Shown one piece after another: positions 12,001 through 23,300 of a stretch of DNA of 64,000 nucleotides. Numbering within the stretch: position 1 is the first letter of the stretch; every line of letters begins with the position of its first letter. Below the pieces are notes generated by a model. It was not told the DNA's origin and ran no database searches. It saw only the letters and a list, made by a program, of their open reading frames with translations. Source of the stretch: Eledone cirrhosa (Eukaryota); the NCBI GenBank assembly GCA_964016885.1, contig OZ024740.1:211296001-211360000 (forward strand). The letters are read 5' to 3'. The translations under genes were made by a program, and so were the position numbers.

Positions 12001-15000
12001 ATAGAAGTTTACAATGAAAGTCTCTCATGAGTTGATAGTAGAAGGTAGACATGATAGAAGTTTACAATGAAAGTCCCCCATAAGTTGATAGTAGAAGGTA
12101 GCCATGATAGAAGTTTACAATGAAAGTCCCCCAGAAGTTGATAGTAGAAGGTAGCCATGATAGAAGTTTACAATGAAAGTCTCCCATAAAATAATAGTAG
12201 AAGGTAGCCATGATAGAAGTTTACAATGAAAGTCTCCCATAAGTTGATAGTAGAAGGTAGCCATGGTAGAAGTTTAAAATGAAAGTCTCCCTTAAAATGA
12301 TAGTAGAAGGTAGCCATGGTAGAAGTTTACAATGAAAGTCTCCCATAAGCTGATAGTAGAAGGTAGCGATGATAGAAGTTTACAATGAAAGTCTCCTATA
12401 AATTGATAGTAGAAGGTAGCCATGATAGAAGTTTACAATGAAAGTCTCCCATAAGTTGGTAGTAGAAGGTAGCCATGATTGAAGTTTACAATGAAAGTCT
12501 CCCATAAGATGGTAGTAGAAGGTAGCCATGATTGAAGTTTACAATGAAAGTCTCCCATAAGTTGGTAGTAGAAGGTAGCCATGATAGAAGATTACAATGA
12601 ATGCCTCCCATAAAATAATAGTAGAAGGTAGCCATGATAGAAGTTTACAATCAAAGTCTCCCATAAGTTAATAGTAGAAGCTAGCCATGGTAGAAGTTTA
12701 CAATGAAAGTCTCCCATAAGTTGATAGTAGAAGGTTTCCATGATAGAAGTTTACAATGAAAGTCCCCCATAAGTTGATAGTAGAAGGTAGCCATGATAGA
12801 AGTTTACAATTAAAGTCCCCCATAAAATGATAGTAGAAGGAAGCCATGATAGAAGTTTACAATGAAAGTCTCCCATAAGTTGATAGTAGAAGGTAGCCAT
12901 GAGAGAAGTTTACAATGAATGTCTCCCATAAAATGATAGTAGAAGGTAGTCATGATAGAATTTTATACTTAAAGTCTCCCATAAAATGATAGTAGAAGGT
13001 AGCCATGATAGAAATTTACAATGAAAGTCTCCCATAAAATGATAGTAGAAGGTAGCCATGATAGAAGTTTACAATGAATGTCTACCATAAAATGATAGTA
13101 GAAGGTAGCCATGATAGAAGTTTACAATGAAAGTCTCCCATAAAATAATAGTAGAAGGTAGCCATGATAGAAATTTACAATGAAAGTCTCCCATAAAATG
13201 ATAGTAGAAGGTAGCCATGATAGAAGTTTACAATGAATGTCTACCATAAAATGATAGTAGAAGGTAGTCATGATAGAAGTTTATACTTAAAGTCTCCCAT
13301 AAAATGATAGTAGAAGGTAGCCATGATAGAAGTTTACAATGAAAGTCTCCCATAAGTTGATAGTAGAAGGTAGCCATGATAGAAGTTTACAATAAAAGTC
13401 TCCCATAAGTTGATAGTAGAAGGTAGCCATGATAGAAGTTTACAATGAAAGTCTCCCATAAAATAATAGTAGAAGGTAGCCATGATAGAAGTTTACGATA
13501 AAAGTCTCCCATAAAATGATAGTAGAAGGTAGCCATGATAGAAGTATACAATAAAAGTCTCCCATAAGTTGATAGTAGAAGGTAGCCATGATAGAAGTTT
13601 AAAATAAAAGTCTCCCATAAGTTGATAGTAGAAGGTAGCCATGATAGAAGTTTACAATGAAACACTCCCATAAAATGATAGTAGAAGGTAGCCATGATAG
13701 AAGTTTACAATGAAACTCTCCCATAAGTTAATAGTAGAAGGTAGCCATGATAGAAGTTTACAATGAAAGACTCCCATAAGTTGATAGTAGAAGGTAGCCA
13801 TGATAGAAGTTTACAATGAATGTCTCTCATAAAATATTAGTAGAAGGTAGCCATGATAGAAGTTTACAATGAAAGTCTCCCATAAGTTGATAGTAGAAGG
13901 TAGCCATGATAGAAGTTTACAATGAAAGTCTCCCATAAAATCATAGTAGAAGGTAGCCATGATAGAAGTTCACAATTAAAGTCTCCCATAAAATGATAGT
14001 AGAAGGTAGCCATGATAGAATTTTACAATGAAAGTCTCTCATGAGTTGATAGTAGAAGGTAGACATGATAGAAGTTTACAATGAAAGTCCCCCATAAGTT
14101 GATAGTAGAAGGTAGCCATGATAGAAGTTTACAATGAAAGTCCCCCAGAAGTTGATAGTAGAAGGTAGCCATGATAGAAGTTTACAATGAAAGTCTCCCA
14201 TAAGTTGATAGTAGAAGGTAGCCATGGTAGAAGTTTAAAATGAAAGTCTCCCTTAAAATGATAGTAGAAGGTAGCCATGGTAGAAGTTTACAATGAAAGT
14301 CTCCCATAAGCTGATAGTAGAAGGTAGCGATGATAGAAGTTTACAATGAAAGTCTCCTATAAATTGATAGTAGAAGGTAGCCATGATAGAAGTTTACAAT
14401 GAAAGTCTCCCATAAGTTGGTAGTAGAAGGTAGCCATGATTGAAGTTTACAATGAAAGTCTCCCATAAGATGGTAGTAGAAGGTAGCCATGATTGAAGTT
14501 TACAATGAAAGTCTCCCATAAGTTGGTAGTAGAAGGTAGCCATGATAGAAGATTACAATGAATGCCTCCCATAAAATAATAGTAGAAGGTAGCCATGATA
14601 GAAGTTTACAATCAAAGTCTCCCATAAGTTAATAGTAGAAGCTAGCCATGGTAGAAGTTTACAATGAAAGTCTCCCATAAGTTGATAGTAGAAGGTTTCC
14701 ATGATAGAAGTTTACAATGAAAGTCCCCCATAAGTTGATAGTAGAAGGTAGCCATGATAGAAGTTTACAATTAAAGTCTCCCATAAAATGATAGTAGAAG
14801 GTAGCCATGATAGAAGTTTACAATGAAAGTCTCCCATAAGTTGATAGTAGAAGGTAGCCATGAGAGAAGTTTACAATGAATGTCTCCCATAAAATGATAG
14901 TAGAAGGTAGTCATGATAGAATTTTATACTTAAAGTCTCCCATAAAATGATAGTAGAAGGTAGCCATGATAGAAATTTACAATGAAAGTCTCCCATAAAA

Positions 15001-18000
15001 TGATAGTAGAAGGTAGCCATGATAGAAGTTTACAATGAATGTCTACCATAAAATGATAGTAGAAGGTAGCCATGATAGAAGTTTACAATGAAAGTCTCCC
15101 ATAAAATAATAGTAGAAGGTAGCCATGATAGAAGTTTACGATAAAAGTCTCCCATAAAATGATAGTAGAAGGTAGCCATGATAGAAGTTTACAATAAAAG
15201 TCTCCCATAAGTTGATAGTAGAAGGTAGCCATGATAGAAGTTTAAAATGAAAGTCTCCCATAAGTTGATAGTAGAAGGTAGCCATGATAGAAGTTTACAA
15301 TGAAACACTCCCATAAAATGATAGTAGAAGGTAGCCATGATAGAAGTTTACAATGAAAGTCTCCCATAAGTTGATAGTAGAAGGTAGCCATGGTAGAAGT
15401 TTAAAATGAAAGACTCCCTTAAAATGATAGTAGAAGGTAGCCATGGTAGAAGTTTACAATGAAAGTCTCCCATAAGCTGATAGTAGAAGGTAGCGATGAT
15501 AGAAGTTTACAATGAAAGTCTCCTATAAATTGATAGTAGAAGGTAGCCATGATAGAAGTTTACAATGAAAGTCTCCCATAAGTTGGTAGTAGAAGGTAGC
15601 CATGATAGAAGTTTACAATGAAAGTCCCCCAGAAGTTGATAGTAGAAGGTAGCCATGATAGAAGTTTACAATGAAAGTCTCTCATGAGTTGATAGTAGAA
15701 GGTAGACATGATAGAAGTTTACAATGAAAGTCCCCCATAAGTTGATAGTAGAAGGTAGCCATGATAGAAGTTTACAATGAAAGTCCCCCAGAAGTTGATA
15801 GTAGAAGGTAGCCATGATAGAAGTTTACAATGAAAGTCTCCCATAAAATAATAGTAGAAGGTAGCCATGATAGAAGTTTACAATGAAAGTCTCCCATAAG
15901 TTGATAGTAGAAGGTAGCCATGGTAGAAGTTTAAAATGAAAGTCTCCCTTAAAATGATAGTAGAAGGTAGCCATGGTAGAAGTTTACAATGAAAGTCTCC
16001 CATAAGCTGATAGTAGAAGGTAGCGATGATAGAAGTTTACAATGAAAGTCTCCCATAAGTTGATAGTAGAAGGTAGCCATGGTAGAAGTTTAAAATGAAA
16101 GACTCCCTTAAAATGATAGTAGAAGGTAGCCATGATAGAAGTTTACAATGAAAGTCTCCCATAAGTTGGTAGTAGAAGGTAGCCATGATTGAAGTTTACA
16201 ATGAAAGTCTCCCATAAGATGGTAGTAGAAGGTAGCCATGATTGAAGTTTACAATGAAAGTCTCCCATAAGTTGGTAGTAGAAGGTAGCCATGATAGAAG
16301 ATTACAATGAATGCCTCCCATAAAATAATAGTAGAAGGTAGCCATGATAGAAGTTTACAATCAAAGTCTCCCATAAGTTAATAGTAGAAGCTAGCCATGG
16401 TAGAAGTTTACAATGAAAGTCTCCCATAAGTTGATAGTAGAAGGTTTCCATGATAGAAGTTTACAATGAAAGTCCCCCATAAGTTGATAGTAGAAGGTAG
16501 CCATGATAGAAGTTTACAATTAAAGTCTCCCATAAAATGATAGTAGAAGGAAGCCATGATAGAAGTTTACAATGAAAGTCTCCCATAAGTTGATAGTAGA
16601 AGGTAGCCATGAGAGAAGTTTACAATGAATGTCTCCCATAAAATGATAGTAGAAGGTAGTCATGATAGAATTTTATACTTAAAGTCTCCCATAAAATGAT
16701 AGTAGAAGGTAGCCATGATAGAAATTTACAATGAAAGTCTCCCATAAAATGATAGTAGAAGGTAGCCATGATAGAAGTTTACAATGAATGTCTACCATAA
16801 AATGATAGTAGAAGGTAGCCATGATAGAAGTTTACAATGAAAGTCTCCCATAAAATAATAGTAGAAGGTAGCCATGATAGAAGTTTACGATAAAAGTCTC
16901 CCATAAAATGATAGTAGAAGGTAGCCATGATAGAAGTTTACAATAAAAGTCTCCCATAAGTTGATAGTAGAAGGTAGCCATGATAGAAGTGTAAAATGAA
17001 AGTCTCCCATAAGTTGATAGTAGAAGGTAGCCATGATAGAAGTTTACAATGAAACACTCCCATAAAATGATAGTAGAAGGTAGCCATGATAGAAGTTTAC
17101 AATGAAAGTCTCCCATAAGTTGATAGTAGAAGGTAGCCATGGTAGAAGTTTAAAATGAAAGACTCCCTTAAAATGATAGTAGAAGGTAGCTATGGTAGAA
17201 GTTTACAATGAAAGTCTCCCATAAGCTGATAGTAGAAGGTAGCGATGATAGAAGTTTACAATGAAAGTCTCCTATAAATTGATAGTAGAAGGTAGCCATG
17301 ATAGAAGTTTACAATGAAAGTCTCCCATAAGTTGGTAGTAGAAGGTAGCCATGATTGAAGTTTACAATGAAAGTCTCCCATAAGTTGGTAGTAGAAGGTA
17401 GCCATGATTCAAGTTTACAATGAAAGTCTCCCATAAGTTGGTAGTAGAAGGTAGCCATGATAGAAGTTTACAATGAATGCCTCCCATAAAATAATAGTAG
17501 AAGGTAGCCATGATAGAAGTTTACAATGAAAGTCTCCCATAAGTTGATAGTAGAAGGTAGCCATGAGAGAAGTTTACAATGAATGTCTCCCATAAAATGA
17601 TAGTAGAAGGTAGTCATGATAGAATTTTATACTTAAAGTCTCCCATAAAATGATAGTAGAAGGTAGCCATGATAGAAATTTACAATGAATGTCTCCCATA
17701 AAATGATAGTAGAAGGTAGCCATGATAGAAGTTTACAATGAATGTCTACCATAAAATGATAGTAGAAGGTAGTCATGATAGAAGTTTATACTTAAAGTCT
17801 CCCATAAAATGATAGTAGAAGGTAGCCATGATAGAAGTTTACAATGAAAGTCTCCCATAAGTTGATAGTAGAAGGTAGCCATGATAGAAGTTTACAATAA
17901 AAGTCTCCCATAAGTTGATAGTAGAAGGTAGCCATGATAGAAGTTTACAATGAAAGTCTCCCATAAAATAATAGTAGAAGGTAGCCATGATAGAAGTTTA

Positions 18001-20300
18001 CGATAAAAGTCTCCCATAAAATGATAGTAGAAGGTAGCCATGATAGAAGTTTACAATAAAAGTCTCCCATAAGTTGATAGTAGAAGGTAGCCATGATAGA
18101 AGTTTAAAATAAAAGTCTCCCATAAGTTGATAGTAGAAGGTAGCCATGATAGAAGTTTACAATGAAACACTCCCATAAAATGATAGTAGAAGGTAGCCAT
18201 GATAGAAGTTTACAATGAAAGTCTCCCATAAGTTGATAGTAGAAGGTAGCCATGATAGAAGTTTACAATGAAACACTCCCATAAAATGATAGTAGAAGGT
18301 AGCCATGATAGAAGTTTACAATGAAAGTCTCCCATAAATTGATAGTAGAAGGTAGCCATGATAGAAGTTTACAATGAAAGTCTCCCATAAGTTGATAGTA
18401 GAAGGTAGCCATGATAGAAATTTACAATGAAAGTCTCCCATAAAATGATAGTAGAAGGTAGCCATGATAGAAGTTTACAATGAAAGTCTCCCATAAAATG
18501 ATAGTAGAAGGTAGCCATGATAGAAGTTTACAATGAAAGTCTCCCATAAAATGATAGTAGAAGGTAGCCATGATAGAAGTTTACAATGAAAGTCTCCCAT
18601 AAAATGATAGTAGAAGGTAGCCATGATAGAAGTTTACAATGAAAGTCTCCCATAAAATGATAGTAGAAGGTAGCCATGATAGAAGTTTACAATGAAAGTC
18701 CCCCATAAGTTGATAGTAGAAGGTAGCCATGATAGAAGTTTACAATGAAAGTCTCCCATAAAATGATAGTAGAAGGTAGCATATGATAGAAGTTTACAAT
18801 GAAAGTCTCCCATAAGTTGATAGTAGAAAGCAGCCATGATAGAAGTTTACAATGAATGTCTCCCATAAAATGATAGTAGAAGGTAGCCATGATAGAAGTT
18901 TACAATGAAAGTCTCCCATTAAATGATAGTAGAAGGTAGCCATGATAGAAGTTTACAATGAAGGTCCCCCATAAGTTGATAGTAGAAGGTAGCCATGATA
19001 GAAGTTTACAATGAAAGACTCCCATAAAATTATAGTTGAAGGTAGCCAAGATAGAAGTTTACAATGAAAGTCTCCCATAAAATGATAGTAGAAGGTAAAC
19101 AAGATAGAAGTTTACAATGAAAGTCTCCCATAAGTTGATAGTAGAAGGTAGCCATGATAGAAGTTTACGATGAAAGTCTCCTATAAGTTGATAGTGGAAG
19201 GTAGCCATGATAGAAGTTTACGATGAAAGTCTCCCATAAGTTAATAGCAGAAGGTAGCCATGATACAAGTTTACAATGAATGTCTCCCATAAAATAATAG
19301 TAGAAGGTAGCCATGATAGAAGTTTAAAATGAAAGTCTCCCATAAGTTGATAGTAGAAGGTAGCCATGATAGAAGTTTACAATGAAAGTCTCCCATAAGC
19401 TGATAGTAGAACGTAGCCATGATAGAAGTTTACAATGAAAATCTCCCGTCAGTTGATAGTAGAAGGTAGCCATGATAGAAGTTTACAATTAAAGACTCCA
19501 ATAAAATGATAGTAGAAGGTAGCCATGATAGAAGTTTACAATGAATGTCTCCCATGAAATGATAGTAGAAGGGAGTGTTGATAGAAGTTTACAATGAAAG
19601 TCTCCCATAAAATGATAGTAGAAGGTAGCCATGATAGAACTTTACAATGGACGTCCCCCATAAGATGATAGTAGAAGGTAGCCATGATAGAAGTTTACAA
19701 TGAAAGTCTCCCATAAGTTAATAGTAGAAGGTAGCCATGATAGAAGTTTACAATGAAAGACTCCCATAAGTTGATAGTAGAAGGTAGCCATGATAGAACT
19801 TTACAATTAAAGACTCCCATAAAATGATAGTAGAAGGTAGCCATGATAGAAGTTTACAATTAAAGACTCCCATAAAATGATAGTAGAAGGTAGCCATGAT
19901 AGAAGTTTACAATGAATGTCTCCCATAAAATGATAGTAGAAGGGAGTGTTGATAGAAGTTTACAATGAAAGTCTCCCATAAAATGATAGTAGAAGGTAGC
20001 CATGATAGAAGTTTACAATGAAAGTCTCCCGTAAGTTGATAGTAGAAGGTAGCCATGATAGAAGTTTACAATGAAAGTCTCCCATAAGTTAATAGTAGAA
20101 GGTAGCCATGATAGAAATTTACAATGAAAGACTCCCATAAGTTGATAGTAGAAGGTAGCCATGATAGAAGTTTACAATGAATGTCTCTCATAAAATATTA
20201 GTAGAAGGTAGCCATGATAGAAGTTTACAATGAAAGTCTCCCATAAGTTGATAGTAGAAGGTAGCCATGATAGAAGTTTACAATGAAAGTCTCCCATAAG
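1..20300. repeat. Array sub-domain A (approximate boundary)
   Basis: Variants seen only here: AGAA(T/G)TTTATACTT monomers, GGGAGTGTTGATAG, AAGATGGTAG, GAAGATTAC, GGTAAACAAG, and the 54-bp GTAGCATATG monomer. Confidence 0.75.
5600..18200. repeat. Tandemly triplicated higher-order block (copies ~5.6-10.1, ~10.1-13.7, ~13.7-18.2 kb)
   Basis: The marker TAAAATATTAG lies at 5721, 10226 and 13830 (spacings 85 and 68 monomers). The junction variant GAAACTCTCCC lies at ~10111 and ~13715. GGAAGCC lies at 8441, 12840 and 16550. Confidence 0.75.
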
Positions 20301-23300
20301 TTGATAGTAGAAGGTAGCCATGATAGAAGTTTACAATGAAAGTCTCCCATAAGTTGATAGTAGAAGGTAGCCATGATAGAAGTTTACAATGAAAGTCCCC
20401 CAGAAGTTGATAGTAGAAGGTAGCCATGATAGAAGTTTACAATGAAAGTCTCCCATAAAATAATAGTAGAAGGTAGCCATGATAGAAGTTTACAATGAAA
20501 ATCTCCCATAAAATAATAGTAGAAGGTAGCCATGATAGAAGTTTACAATGAATGACTCCCATAAAATGATAGTAGAAGGTAGACATGATAGAAGTTTACA
20601 ATGAAAGTCCCCCATAAGTTGATAGTAGAAGGTAGCCATGATAGAAGTTTACAATGAAAGTCTCCCATAAAATCATAGTAGAAGGTAGCCATGATAGAAG
20701 TTCACAATTAAAGTCTCCCATAAAATGATAGTAGAAGGTAGCCATGATAGAATTTTACAATGAAAGTGTCTCATGAGTTGATAGTAGAAGGTAGACATGA
20801 TAGAAGTTTACAATGAAAGTCCCCCATAAGTTGATAGTAGAAGGTAGCCATGATAGAAGTTTACAATGAAAGTCCCCCAGAAGTTGATAGTAGAAGGTAG
20901 CCATGATAGAAGTTTACAATGAAAGTTTCCCATAAAATAATAGTAGAAGGTAGCCATGATAGAAGTTTACAATGAAAGTCTCCCATAAGTTGATAGCAGA
21001 AGGTAGCCATGATAGAAGTTTACAATGAAAGTCTCCCATAAAATCATAGTAGGAGGTAGCCATGATAGAAGTTCACAATTAAAGTCTCCCGTAAGTTGAT
21101 AGTAGAAGGTAGCCATGATAGAAGTTTACAATGAAAGTCTCCCATAAGTTAATAGTAGAAGATAGCCATGATATCAGTTTACAATGAAAGACTCCCATAA
21201 GTTGATAGTAGATGGTAGCCATGATAGAAGTTTACAATGAATGTCTCTCATAAAATATTAGTAGAAGGTAGCCATGATAGAAGTTTACAATGAAAGTCTC
21301 CCATAAGTTGATAGTAGAAGGTAGCCATGATAGAAGTTTACAATGAAAGTCCCCCAGAAGTTGATAGTAGAAGGTAGCCATGATAGAAGTTTACAATGAA
21401 AGTCTCCCATAAGTTGATAGTAGAAGGTAGCCATGATAGAAGTTTACAATGAAAGTCCCCCAGAAGTTGATAGTAGAAGGTAGCCATGATAGAAGTTTAC
21501 AATGAAAGTCTCCCATAACATAATAGTAGAAGGTAGCCATGATAGAAGTTTACAATGAATGTCTCCCATAAAATGATAGTAGAAGGTAGACATGATAGAA
21601 GTTTACAATGAAAGTCCCCCATAAGCTGATAGTAGAAGGTAGCCATGATAGAAGTTTACAATGAAAGTCTCCCATAAAATCATAGTAGAAGGTAGCCATG
21701 ATAGAAGTTCACAATTAAAGTCTCCCATAAAATGATAGTAGAAGGTAGCCATGATAGAATTTTACAATGAAAGTCTCTCATGAGTTGATAGTAGAAGGTA
21801 GACATGATAGAAGTTTACAATGAAAGTCCCCCATAAGTTGATAGTAGAAGGTAGCCATGATAGAAGTTTACAATGAAAGTCCCCCAGAAGTTGATAGTAG
21901 AAGGTAGCCATGATAGAAGTTTACAATGAAAGTCTCCCATAAAATAATAGTAGAAGGTAGCCATGATAGAAGTTTACAATTAAAGTCTCCCATAAAATGA
22001 TAGTAGAAGGTAGCCATGATAGAAGTTTACAATGAAAGTCCCCCAGAAGTTGATAGTAGAAGGTAGCCATGATAGAAGTTTACAATGAAAGTCTCCCATA
22101 AAATAATAGTAGAAGGTAGCCATGATAGAAGTTTACAATTAAAGTATCCCATAAAATGATAGTAGAAGGTAGCCATGATAGAAGTTTACAATTAAAGTCT
22201 CCCGTAAAATGATAGTAGAAGGTAGCCATGATAGAAGTTTACAATTAAAGTCTCCCATAAAATGATAGTAGAAGGTAGCCATGATAGAAGTTTACAATTA
22301 AAGTCTCCCATAAAATGATAGTAGAAGGTAGCCATGATAGAAGTTTACAATTAAAGTCTCCCATAAAATGATAGTAGAAGGTAGCCATGATAGAAGTTTA
22401 GAATGAAAGTCTCCCATAAAATGATAGTAGAAGGTAGACATGATAGAAGTTTACAATGAAAGTCTCCCATAAGTTGATGGTAGAATGTAGCCATGATAGA
22501 AGTTTACAATGAAAATCTCCCATAAAATGAGAGTAGAAGGTAGCGATGATAGAAGTTTACAATGAATGTCTCCCATAAAATAATAGTAGAAGGTAGCCAT
22601 GATAGAAGTTTAAAATGAAAGTCTCCCATAAGTTGATAGTGGAAGGTAGCCATGATAGAAGTTTACAATGAAAGTCTCCCATAAGTTGATAGCAGAAGGT
22701 AGCCATGATAGAAGTTTACAATGAACGTCTCCCATAAAATAATAGTAGAAGGTAGCCATGATAGAAGTTTAAAATGAAAGTCTCCCATAAGTTGATAGTA
22801 GAAAGCAGCCATGATAGAAGTTTACAATGAATGTCTCCCATAAAATGATAGTAGAAGGTAGCCATGATAGAAGTTTACAATGAAAGTCTCCCATAAAATG
22901 ATAGTAGAATGTAGCCATGATAGAAGTTTACAATGAAAGTCTCTCATAAGTTGATAGTAGAAGGTAGCCATGATAGAAGTTTACAATGAAAGTCTCCCAT
23001 AAAATGATAGTAGAAGGTAGCCATGATAGAGGTTTACAATGAAAGTCCCCCATAAGTTGATAGTAGAAGGTAGCCATGATAGAAGTTTACAATGAAAGTC
23101 TCCCATAAGGTGATAGTAGAAGGTAGCCATGATAGAAGTTTACAATGAAAGTCTCCCATAAGTTGATAGTAGAAGGTAGCCATGATAGAAGTTTACAATG
23201 AAAGTCTCCCATAAGTTGATAGTAGAAGGTAGCCATGATAGAAGTTTACAATGAAAGTCTCCCATTAAAGGATAGTAGAAGGTAGCCATGATAAAAGTTT

